Shown: positions 18,219 to 25,982, counted from the stretch's first letter. The stretch is DNA of 64,000 bases from Candidatus Kerfeldbacteria bacterium (GCA_043799405.1 JAZDNT010000002.1:107320-171319); one strand, 5' to 3'. Numbers and translations are program-made. Notes: generated by a model not told the origin, from the letters alone.

Positions 18219-18974
18219 ATGCTTCCAAAGAGACCCACTGACATTCGCTCGGCAGTCGACCAGCTCTTCGACAAGGAACCACTCCCCCCTGACCTTGCCC
18301 GGCATCTTCTGAGTGCGTGGAGCTCCAATCTCAACGCCACGGAGCGCAGCGTGAGTCGTGGATTTCTTGCGATCGTCGCTACCTTTGCGGGGTTCATAAC
18401 CCTCGACACGAAGATCCTGACAAAGATCGCGTTTCAAGGTGCCGAAATTGGACGCACTGGAATCATCCTATGCTTTGCCACTGGCGCAATGTCCTATTTT
18501 TATTACAGATGCATTACACAGCTAGGATTTGCCCATGACCTGCGCACGGCGATTGCAGTGCTCTATCGGAGGCTCCATGAGCCTGTTTATATCGGCGGCC
18601 TTGATCTCCTGACCCACGTACCGAGCATAAGGAATCTAGAGGCATACGATTCATTCTATGCGCCCAAAAGCCTCCGCGTCTTTCACGAGCGAACAACGGA
18701 TGTGGTCACACTTGCCCTACTGCTTGGCCCTCTGGTCGTGGTCGTATACTGCACGATTCGGCTGTGGAGTTATCCCGATGTTAGACCTGTCCTCTGGACT
18801 GTCACTGTCTTGGCGGCGCTCGTGTTTGTCTTGCGCGCGTGGCTCTATGGTCTCAGGCAGAAGGGTGATGATGTCTTCGCCGATCGCCGCTTGGAGTCGC
18901 TGTCCGACTCCCCCAAGGGAGCGGGCGCCAACGCTGCGGAACACGATGACGAGGCAGTCGCGCCAAAGTCCTGA
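18219..18974 (+). CDS. hypothetical 4-TM membrane protein downstream of the SPARTA pair
   Basis: Same strand, about 80 nt after the pAgo stop. Hydrophobic helices (FLAIVATFAGFITL, GIILCFATGAMSYFYY, VVTLALLLGPLVVVVYCTI, VLWTVTVLAALVFVL). Locally more AT-rich than its neighbours. No family recognised. Confidence 0.55.
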   Translation: MLPKRPTDIRSAVDQLFDKEPLPPDLARHLLSAWSSNLNATERSVSRGFLAIVATFAGFITLDTKILTKIAFQGAEIGRTGIILCFATGAMSYFYYRCITQLGFAHDLRTAIAVLYRRLHEPVYIGGLDLLTHVPSIRNLEAYDSFYAPKSLRVFHERTTDVVTLALLLGPLVVVVYCTIRLWSYPDVRPVLWTVTVLAALVFVLRAWLYGLRQKGDDVFADRRLESLSDSPKGAGANAAEHDDEAVAPKS

Positions 18975-18994
18975 TGCACACGCAAGCCCTCGGG

Positions 18995-19230
18995 CCAGCT
19001 GCGATAGCTAGTGCGAGAGCATCAAACATGTGCAGCCAGTACTTGTCCCGCGGTCGCAGCCCCAGCGCCGCCCGTTTCGGGATCAACTCCTTCAGCTCAT
19101 CGAGACGCCTGCCTGACCAATGCCTCCGCGACATGGATCTTCGTCGCCTTCGGGTTCCCGACCACGGGGGGATCGCACTCTCCGGAGCGCGTCAAGGGGT
19201 TCTTTGCTTTGGTCTTGTCCGACGTCAGCT
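18995..19230 (-). pseudogene. 5'-truncated, frameshifted remnant of a RuvC-like gene
   Basis: Two minus-strand frames give ...GNPKATKIHVAEALVRQ... and ...IPKRAALGLRPRDKYWLHMFDALALAIAA, matching the C-terminal ~80 aa of CDS 20548..21066. A 26 nt core is identical (19025-19050 = 20594-20619). Confidence 0.7.
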
Positions 19231-19979
19231 TATACCGGCCATAGCCGATCAGCTCGTGCGCCGGGTTGCCACGGGTTGACGGCCCAGACTTCTCTGAAGT
19301 GCACCGTCTCGCGACGCAGCGCCGCGCGCATTTCTCCCAGCTCGGTGTCTCCGTACGGAGTAAGGTCGAAGAAGATCGCCAGGACGACCTCTGACGGCAC
19401 TGGTCCGAGGTGCAACTGCTTCTTGCGGAGAGCCTCGAGTCCGCGCGCGGCCACGACGTCGTGGTCGAAGTGAAATGGTGGTCCCTGAATCGAGATGTTT
19501 GACCGATCAGCGTCGATGCCTTCGAGTTCCATCTCGGCGATGCCCATGTCGTCCGCATGCGGCGCGAGAATCCTCTTCTCGCCGGGGGAGAGCGGCGAAA
19601 CCACACTCCTCAAGATCGTCTCGCGGAGTACCGCGCCCATTGCCTTGCGATCACGTCGGCTATCTGGGAGCCGGTGAACCCAGATCGTCAACTTGAAGCC
19701 CTTCAGAGCCCCGGACATGAGCGGTTCCTGAATTTCCGCGTAAGCCCACTGCCCCGCTATCGCCCGCTTCGCCCGCTCCTCCTTCTCATTGCTCGCAGCG
19801 CAGGTGTGCTGCACGAGGAGCGGCGGGGCGCCTCGGGCGGAGCTGGGCCAACGGTAGTCCCAGTCGGTGTGCGGAGCCTCGATGGGCTGGCCGGCGAACG
19901 CGGTGTGGTGAATGCGGTTGTACGCCGAGAGAAAGAGATCAAGGAATTTCTGTCGTGCCAAACCTTTCAGTTCAGCCAT
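19230..19979 (-). CDS. hypothetical protein (249 aa)
   Basis: Start MAELKG with GGAGGGAGAGG SD. Balanced, globular-looking composition. No family recognised. Confidence 0.55.
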   Translation of the reverse strand: MAELKGLARQKFLDLFLSAYNRIHHTAFAGQPIEAPHTDWDYRWPSSARGAPPLLVQHTCAASNEKEERAKRAIAGQWAYAEIQEPLMSGALKGFKLTIWVHRLPDSRRDRKAMGAVLRETILRSVVSPLSPGEKRILAPHADDMGIAEMELEGIDADRSNISIQGPPFHFDHDVVAARGLEALRKKQLHLGPVPSEVVLAIFFDLTPYGDTELGEMRAALRRETVHFREVWAVNPWQPGARADRLWPV

Positions 19980-20202
19980 TCGCCTCTCCCTCCATCCGCT
20001 ACAGACTAACAAGTCTCTAGCGCCACGGCCATCCCCAAGGCTCATGCCTGCGTCGCCATTTATCGCATTCGTCGTCCTAATCCTTTTGATTGTGGTCGGC
20101 TTGTGTTTGGACCGCTGGAAGCGCCTAGGCTCACGGCGCCCCATTGCCCTTCACTCAGGACCGTGCTTGAATAGAATGGTCCTATTACTAACGCATCACC
20201 TT

Positions 20203-20526
20203 ATGACTGAACGTAATCTAGGGATGGAGCACGGGGACAATGATCCCGAGAGAATCAAGGCGGCACTTACTGCAGAGCTTGCCGATCTCGCATCACGCAT
20301 GGCATCGGTCGACAGAAACGGCGTGACGTCGTTTCGTTTTGGCGACAAGCCACGCACAATGGATGAGGTCTATATTGAACTGGAAGTTGACGACGCCACA
20401 GGTGAAATCGAACTGATCGAGCCTGGGACCATCAAGGTGCACTCAAAAACGCATGATCCCGTCGAAGCCGCCCAGTGGGTTCGCGAACAGATTGCCCAAG
20501 AGGACGAGAAGCGGCGTGAGGCCTGA
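20203..20526 (+). CDS. hypothetical small acidic protein (107 aa)
   Basis: Divergent from 19230..19979 across an AT-richer spacer. MTERNLGMEHGDNDPERIKAAL... Start uncertain (ATG 20203 or 20224). Confidence 0.4.
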   Translation: MTERNLGMEHGDNDPERIKAALTAELADLASRMASVDRNGVTSFRFGDKPRTMDEVYIELEVDDATGEIELIEPGTIKVHSKTHDPVEAAQWVREQIAQEDEKRREA

Positions 20527-20547
20527 TCCACAAGCACCCGCTCCGGA

Positions 20548-21066
20548 TCAAGTCGCATTGACGCTTGCGGCGACCGCGATCGCCAGAGCGTCGAACATGT
20601 GCAGCCAGTACTTGTCCCGTGGTCGTAGCCCGAGCGCCGCACGCTTCGGTCGATTCGGGATGAGTGGCGTGAGTTGGTCAAACCCCTGCGCTACGAGCAC
20701 CTCGGCCACCTCGATCTTCGTCGTCCTTGGGTTCCCCGTGACGCGCTCGCGAATCGTCGCCGGCGACAGCTCGACGACCACAACCCCCAACTCTTCTGTC
20801 CTGCTCCGCAGTTCCTGCTCGATCACCGACATGAGCGCGGCCCGTTTGGTCGGGAGCATGAGGGGTTCCTCGATCGCCACGATGTCGGGCCCGTGCTTCT
20901 CGATTTCCGCGAGGACGATTCGCTTCGCCTGCCCGATCACGTCGTAGGGTCGGGTACCATTCCGAAGCGTCCGCACGCCGTAGGCGAGCAGCTCACGTCC
21001 GCGGAGGACAGCGAGACCCATCTCCTTCGTTCCGGGATCGATGCCGAGGATGGTCTTGTGTTGCAT
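20548..21066 (-). CDS. RuvC-like Holliday-junction resolvase fold nuclease, copy A
   Basis: ILGIDPGTKEMGLAVL (Asp 1), IVAIEEP (Glu), HMFDALAIAVAA (Asp), in the order expected for RuvC-family catalytic acidic residues. 172 aa. Confidence 0.7.
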   Translation of the reverse strand: MQHKTILGIDPGTKEMGLAVLRGRELLAYGVRTLRNGTRPYDVIGQAKRIVLAEIEKHGPDIVAIEEPLMLPTKRAALMSVIEQELRSRTEELGVVVVELSPATIRERVTGNPRTTKIEVAEVLVAQGFDQLTPLIPNRPKRAALGLRPRDKYWLHMFDALAIAVAASVNAT

Positions 21067-21186
21067 GGGTTGAGTCGTGAGTTGGTTTCAAATGCCCTCC
21101 CGAAGGTCTGCTCGTCGGAGGTCCCTTGCGGACCACCTCCGAGGCAGCGGCGCTCGACAAGGCGGAGGCGCCGAGAGACGGCCGGA

Positions 21187-21702
21187 TCACCGGCCGCGGG
21201 AGGGCGGTTGCGTCGCTGTCTGGTGGTGCATGGCGAGCGCGACGGCGTCGAACATGTTCTGCCAGAAGCGCTCCTTCCACTTCCGGTCCTGCGTGAGGTA
21301 GACGCGGAGCTGCGGGAAACGCACTGCGACAGCCACGGCTGCTTCAGCCTTCGTGGCTCGTCCGTTGCCGAGCACGCCCTGGCGGACCTGCTGCGGCGAG
21401 TAGGTCGCAAACGGGATGCCCTGCAACCGGGCGAGTCGACGCACCGTGAGGGTCAGGCGGTGGACATCGTCGAGCCAGGGCAGGGGGTGGTGGTACGTCT
21501 TCTCCATCACGATCGCGTGCGGGTGGTGCAGACGGAGCCAGCCCTTCACGTGCCGGCGGACTTCTTTGAGGCGCGCGCTGCGAGGCAAACGTCGAAGCGT
21601 CAGGGCTCCGGCGGCAGCGAGCCGGCGGCCGGAGAGCACGGCCATGCCGAGGTCGCGGAGACCGGGATCGATGGCGAGGATGGGTTCAGTTCGATGGTTC
21701 AT
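21187..21702 (-). CDS. RuvC-like nuclease, copy B (paralog of copy A)
   Basis: ILAIDPGLRDLGMAVL, AIVMEKT, NMFDAVALAMHH. 171 aa. Its start overlaps the upstream wHTH gene by 17 nt. Confidence 0.7.
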   Translation of the reverse strand: MNHRTEPILAIDPGLRDLGMAVLSGRRLAAAGALTLRRLPRSARLKEVRRHVKGWLRLHHPHAIVMEKTYHHPLPWLDDVHRLTLTVRRLARLQGIPFATYSPQQVRQGVLGNGRATKAEAAVAVAVRFPQLRVYLTQDRKWKERFWQNMFDAVALAMHHQTATQPPSRGR

Positions 21703-22222
21703 GGGCGTGTTGCTTTAGGAGATAAAGGAAGAGCGCGGTTCGGGACCGTCGGATTCGTGTCTCGGGCACGGCCAGCGTGCCGGCAAGGGCGCGTTTCACG
21801 ACCGAGTCAGGGTAGAGGCTGAGCGCCGCCTGGAATGCTTCCTCGTTCCCGGGCTCGCCGAGTGCCCGCTGGAGCTTCGCGACCGTGAAGAACCGCGTGG
21901 GCACTGGCGGTGGTTCGGCCTGCGCCTTCGGGGAATCAACGCGCTTCATCGTTACCCGGACCTTGCCGTTGAGCCGCACGGCGTCGAGGTAGCCAGCCTT
22001 CCGCAGGTGTCCGAGCCAAGAGCGGATCGTCCCTTCAGGCAGCCCCATGTCCCGCCCGATCGCCGCGGGCTCCGCCTCGAATGTCTCAGCGCCGGCCGGC
22101 AGCCGGGCCAGGAGGTCGAGGTAGAGCCAGAGTCCCGCGCGCATGCGTCGCAGGTGGTAGGCCCGCGGATGCTCGAGGATGCGGCGATCGAGGGCGAGCG
22201 TGATGGGTCGAGGGAAAGACAT
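21686..22222 (-). CDS. winged-helix DNA-binding protein, copy 1
   Basis: N-terminal LWLYLDLLARL...IGRDMGLPEGTIRSWLGHLRKAGYL (wHTH-like). The C-terminal ...RRSRTALFLYLLKQ motif is shared with the neighbouring gene. Confidence 0.55.
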   Translation of the reverse strand: MSFPRPITLALDRRILEHPRAYHLRRMRAGLWLYLDLLARLPAGAETFEAEPAAIGRDMGLPEGTIRSWLGHLRKAGYLDAVRLNGKVRVTMKRVDSPKAQAEPPPVPTRFFTVAKLQRALGEPGNEEAFQAALSLYPDSVVKRALAGTLAVPETRIRRSRTALFLYLLKQHAHEPSN

Positions 22223-22238
22223 GGAGTCTGGAGGATTA

Positions 22239-22838
22239 CTAGCTGAGCTTTCGAAGCAGGGAGCGGAAGAGCGCGGCGCGTGAGACGCGGATCGAGGTCG
22301 TCGCCTGGACGCGCTTCAAGGCGCGATGGACGAGCGAGGGATTGCGTCCGGAGAGGAGCGTTCGGAACTCGTCGCGGTCGGCGTCAGGCCCGAGGACTGC
22401 AAGCACTTCGTCGAGCAGCGCCTCTCCTTCCCCCTGCCCCCCATCCTCTTGCTGCTTAGCTGCTGCAGCAGCGCTGCTGACGGGTACTTCTCTATGCACC
22501 TCGCTGCTGGAGGCCGCGGAATCAGGGGAGGAAGGGTGCTCGACATGGTTGCTGTCAGACCATGCTTTGAGCTTGATGACAAGGTACGGCGTCGGCGTGT
22601 GGACCTCGATGAGGTCTGCGTTGCTCAGCCGCTCCAGCCACCCCGCGAGCTGTTCTTCTTCGAGGCCAAGATCCAGCGCGAGCCGATCCGCTGGCCGGCA
22701 GACGACACCGCGGTAGTTCGCACGTGCGGCGAGCATGACGTAAAGCCAGAGCGCATCGCCGACCAGAGCACGACCACCGGGGAGCTGGAGCGGCGCCTCG
22801 ATGATCCGCCGTGCGTGTTGTGGCAGGCATCCGCTCAT
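22239..22838 (-). CDS. winged-helix DNA-binding protein, copy 2 (paralog)
   Basis: LWLYVMLAARANY...LALDLGLEEEQLAGWLERLSNADLI and C-terminal ...RVSRAALFRSLLRKL. Same architecture as 21686..22222, with a low-complexity linker. Confidence 0.55.
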   Translation of the reverse strand: MSGCLPQHARRIIEAPLQLPGGRALVGDALWLYVMLAARANYRGVVCRPADRLALDLGLEEEQLAGWLERLSNADLIEVHTPTPYLVIKLKAWSDSNHVEHPSSPDSAASSSEVHREVPVSSAAAAAKQQEDGGQGEGEALLDEVLAVLGPDADRDEFRTLLSGRNPSLVHRALKRVQATTSIRVSRAALFRSLLRKLS

Positions 22839-23119
22839 GCGCTTGCGGCGTTGGCGGAGCCTCCGTCCTTCGGAAAGGTGGAGTAGAAGTCCATGTACAG
22901 CGACTCCGCGAGCGTGCCGAGGATCTTGGCCATCTTGAGCAGCCGGGGGACGCTGGGCAGCGTAAGTCCTCGTTCCCAGGAGGAGATCGCGTTGCGCTTG
23001 CGGCCGAGCATCTCGGCCAGCCTCCGCTGGGAAAGGCCAGCTTTGATCCGGTACTCCCGGATCTTGTTCGGGAATCTGGGCGCGTGGCGGGACGCGCGCG
23101 GGGTGTGCTGGACAGGCAT
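22835..23119 (-). CDS. XRE-family HTH transcriptional regulator (cI/Cro-like)
   Basis: IREYRIKAGLSQRRLAEMLGRKRNAISSWERGLTLPS. Its stop overlaps the next start (ATGA). Start uncertain (ATG 23119; the ORF extends to 23194). Confidence 0.75.
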   Translation of the reverse strand: MPVQHTPRASRHAPRFPNKIREYRIKAGLSQRRLAEMLGRKRNAISSWERGLTLPSVPRLLKMAKILGTLAESLYMDFYSTFPKDGGSANAASA

Positions 23120-23191
23120 GCCGTCAGGATAGCGACCCGAAGGAAAACCGAACAGGGGGGTAAAAGCGTGGAAATGCGGACATCCTGTGGA

Positions 23192-23219
23192 CAACCCGAT
23201 ATTGACAACTTACCCATAG
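23192..23219 (+). promoter_or_regulatory. near-consensus sigma70-type promoter in the divergent regulator region
   Basis: TTGACA (23192-23197), 16 nt spacer, TATACT (23214-23219), about 40 nt upstream of ATG 23259. The segment is AT-rich within the GC-rich island. Confidence 0.5.
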
Positions 23220-23258
23220 GTAATATACTGAAAGCAGAGATCACTAATCACTACACCT

Positions 23259-23477
23259 ATGGCAACACCACTCCCCATCGTCACCTACGAAGGCAAGCGC
23301 TGGTTCTTCGACGCCCGGCTGCAACAACTCCGCACCGTAGACCGCGACCGCCCACTCGAGTTCCGCGACCTCAACGATTTCGAGATGGAATACTTCAAGG
23401 GCCTCGTCGAAAAGGGCGAGGTTGACTACCTGGCCGTTGACACCCGGCGGCCCGTGAATACAGCGACTAAGTCTTGA
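23259..23477 (+). CDS. hypothetical small protein (72 aa)
   Basis: First gene transcribed divergently from the XRE regulator. No family recognised. Confidence 0.45.
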   Translation: MATPLPIVTYEGKRWFFDARLQQLRTVDRDRPLEFRDLNDFEMEYFKGLVEKGEVDYLAVDTRRPVNTATKS

Positions 23478-23734
23478 GCATTAGCAACACTTCCATGGCA
23501 CTTCCAACACACATCACCCACGAGCCCGCCGACCCCGACGCTTGGGTCTGTCTCTGCGGGAACACCCCGACCTTAGAGGGCTTCCTCCCCTGCGACGTAC
23601 AGGGACGCCCCGTCTCCCCAACCCCCCAGGACTGGACGACGAACGCCTACGTTTGCAATCGGTGCGGACGCATTATCGAGGATGGCAGCCTTGAGATCGT
23701 CGGGCAGGCCGAGAAGGACGCTGCAGCGCCATGA
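23474..23734 (+). CDS. hypothetical Cys-pair (zinc-ribbon-like) protein
   Basis: CLCG...CNRCG spacing. Start uncertain (TTG 23474 or ATG 23495). Confidence 0.4.
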   Translation: MSISNTSMALPTHITHEPADPDAWVCLCGNTPTLEGFLPCDVQGRPVSPTPQDWTTNAYVCNRCGRIIEDGSLEIVGQAEKDAAAP

Positions 23735-23877
23735 AGCACCTCAACGTTCCGGCGCTCGTCTGCCTCCGGTGCGGCCACGCGTGGATCGCTCGCGGCCCGA
23801 TCGTGAAGATCTGCCCGCGCTGCAAGTCCAAGCTGTGGGACGTGCCGAAGAAGAAGTCCCCGAGTTCTGACCGTTAG
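23731..23877 (+). CDS. small zinc-ribbon protein (48 aa, below the ORF-track cutoff)
   Basis: My own translation: MKHLNVPALVCLRCGHAWIARGPIVKICPRCKSKLWDVPKKKSPSSDR. Contains CxxC...CxxC. ATGA overlap with the upstream stop. Confidence 0.5.
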   Translation: MKHLNVPALVCLRCGHAWIARGPIVKICPRCKSKLWDVPKKKSPSSDR

Positions 23878-23926
23878 CGCCTCCGCCCCCCTACGCTCCC
23901 TTGACTTGGTCGGGCATGATGAAGAC

Positions 23927-24148
23927 ATGCTCGGACCAGGTGCGGCCAACGACAGGAGCTTCGCCTTCGGCCTCACGCCCGACGAGGTCGATCGCTTCCG
24001 CGACATCATGCGCCGGGAGTGCGGCGTCGAACTCACCCCCGAACAGGCGTGGGCCCGCGCTATTGAGTTGCTCTCGCTTTTCCGGATGCTACTCGGTCCG
24101 CTGCCGGAGGATCGACCTGCGCCCCAGTTCGAACATCGTCGCTCTTGA
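23927..24148 (+). CDS. hypothetical small helical protein upstream of the serine recombinase
   Basis: ORF 23906..24148, first ATG at 23927. No family recognised. Its position would suit an accessory or directionality factor, but this is speculative. Confidence 0.35.
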   Translation: MLGPGAANDRSFAFGLTPDEVDRFRDIMRRECGVELTPEQAWARAIELLSLFRMLLGPLPEDRPAPQFEHRRS

Positions 24149-24193
24149 CGGTTTCGGTGATTTCGGGAATTCCTATCAAGACAGCCTCGACCT

Positions 24194-25798
24194 ATGCCCT
24201 CCCACGTCATCTACGCTCGCAAATCCACCGAGTCCGACGACCGCCAGGTCCTCTCGATAGACTCCCAAATCCAAGAGCTGAAGACGCTCGCGCTGCGTCG
24301 TGGCATCACGGTCGCGGATGTGCTGACCGAGGCGCGTTCAGCCAAGGCACCAGGGCGCCCGGTCTTCGGCGAACTCATGCGGCGCGTACGTCGCGGCCAA
24401 ATCGGCGGCATCCTCTGCTGGAAGATGGACCGGCTTGCACGAAACCACCTCGATCATGGCGTAGTCCTTCAGGCACTCGCCGATCGGCAGCTGCGGGAGG
24501 TCATCACCTCGGACCGAACCTACACGGGCGACGGCAACGACCGCTTCCTCGGCAACTTCGAGCTCGGCATGGCCACGAAGTTCATTGATGACCTTCGCGC
24601 GAACGTGAAGCGCGGGAACCGCGCACGCTTCCAGCGCGGCTGGCCGAACTACCGTCCGCCCGCCGGCTACCTCGAGGACCACGCGACCAAGACGATCGTG
24701 AAGGACTCCGTGCGCTTCGACCTCATCCGCCGGGCATGGGACCTGCTGCTTACCGGCACGGTACGCCCGAGCCGGATCTTGGTCGCCCTAAACGACGAGT
24801 GGGGCTACCGCTCCCGGCAGACCAAACAGCGGGGTGGCAGCCCGATGTCGCTGTCCGGCCTTTACGGGATCTTCGAGAACCCGTTCTACGAGGGCCTGAT
24901 CCGTCTCTCCAGCGGCGAGACCTACAAGGGCGCGCACGAGCCGATGGTCGCGCCCGAGGAGTTCGAACGGGCCCAGGAGTTGCTCGGTCGTCCAAGTCGA
25001 GCCCGGCCGGTGCACCACGACTTCACTTTCTCGGGGCTTCTTCACTGCGCCTCGTGCGGCCGGGCGTTAGTCGCCGAGGCGCACATCAAGCCGAGCGGCA
25101 AGCGCTACGTCTACTACCGCTGCCACCGCAGGCGTATCGGCGAGACCTGCTCCGAGCCGGCGCTGCCTGAGGAGATCCTCCGCGAGCAGCTGGTCCAGGA
25201 CCTCAAGCGGATGCGCCTGACACCCGAAGCGGCCGGCTGGATCCGCGACAACCTCAAACACTCGCTCGAGGGCGAGGTCGGCCAACTTCGCACCGTCCGG
25301 GCATCACTGGAGAACGCCGTCCGGCAGGCAGGTGCCGAAGAAGAGACGCTCCTCACCCTGCGGCTCCGAGGCTCGATCGACGACGGGATCTACGAGCGTC
25401 GCAAAACGGCGCTTCAAGACCGCAGGGCGCAACTGCAGCTACGACTCGACCGGCCCGATCAATCGCCGGAGGAGCTGCTAGAGCGCGTGGAACAGGCTCT
25501 CGCCTTCTCGCTGCACGCCCCGCAAGTCTTCCGTGATGGCACGCGGGTTCAACAACGGCAGATCGTGGAGGTGGTCGGGTCGAACTATCGGGTCACCCGG
25601 AGAAAAGCGCTCTACACAGCGAACAAGCCGTTCTCCCTGTTCACGGAAGCAACGGCTTCTTCGCTCTGGTGGACCGTGGCGGATTCGAACCGCCGACCTC
25701 TGCAATGCGAATGCAGCGCTCTACCAGCTGAGCTAACGGCCCTTATTCTGGTTCCCCCACCAGGAATCCCCGCCTGCCTTAAGCTCTGCCCCCACTAG
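24194..25798 (+). CDS. large serine recombinase (integrase)
   Basis: N-terminal resolvase domain (VIYARKSTESDDRQVLSIDSQ, catalytic Ser context). Recombinase domain. Zinc ribbon (CASCGRALV...YYRCHRRRIGETC). Coiled-coil region. The ORF has no stop until 25798, so its last ~45 codons are tRNA-Ala, the spacer and part of tRNA-Arg. Confidence 0.9.
   Translation: MPSHVIYARKSTESDDRQVLSIDSQIQELKTLALRRGITVADVLTEARSAKAPGRPVFGELMRRVRRGQIGGILCWKMDRLARNHLDHGVVLQALADRQLREVITSDRTYTGDGNDRFLGNFELGMATKFIDDLRANVKRGNRARFQRGWPNYRPPAGYLEDHATKTIVKDSVRFDLIRRAWDLLLTGTVRPSRILVALNDEWGYRSRQTKQRGGSPMSLSGLYGIFENPFYEGLIRLSSGETYKGAHEPMVAPEEFERAQELLGRPSRARPVHHDFTFSGLLHCASCGRALVAEAHIKPSGKRYVYYRCHRRRIGETCSEPALPEEILREQLVQDLKRMRLTPEAAGWIRDNLKHSLEGEVGQLRTVRASLENAVRQAGAEEETLLTLRLRGSIDDGIYERRKTALQDRRAQLQLRLDRPDQSPEELLERVEQALAFSLHAPQVFRDGTRVQQRQIVEVVGSNYRVTRRKALYTANKPFSLFTEATASSLWWTVADSNRRPLQCECSALPAELTALILVPPPGIPACLKLCPH
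25667..25742 (-). tRNA. tRNA-Ala (anticodon CGC), CCA encoded
   Basis: Manual cloverleaf: GGGCCGT/ACGGTCC acceptor stem with G3:U70, D-stem GCTC/GAGC, anticodon stem CTGCA/TGCAG, loop TTCGCAT, T-stem GGCGG/CCGCC. 76 nt. Confidence 0.9.
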
Positions 25799-25858
25799 GA
25801 ATCGAACCTAGATCTATCCCTTAGGACGGGATTGTTCTATCCCTTGAACTATGGGGGC
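25787..25858 (-). tRNA. tRNA-Arg (anticodon CCU), no encoded CCA
   Basis: Manual cloverleaf: GCCCCCA/TGGGGGC acceptor stem, D-stem GTTC/GAAC, anticodon stem ATCCC/GGGAT, loop GTCCTAA, T-stem CTAGG/CCTAG. 72 nt. G at position 32 is unusual. Confidence 0.8.
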
Positions 25859-25982
25859 TCAGGCCGAGGCGGGCGGGTCTATCCATTGTCCCGCCATTCA
25901 GCGGGATCCCGCCGATATCTGAATACATCAATTATGGTGGCGGAAAACTACGGGGGTAAATGGCTAATTGTTAACGTTCTTA

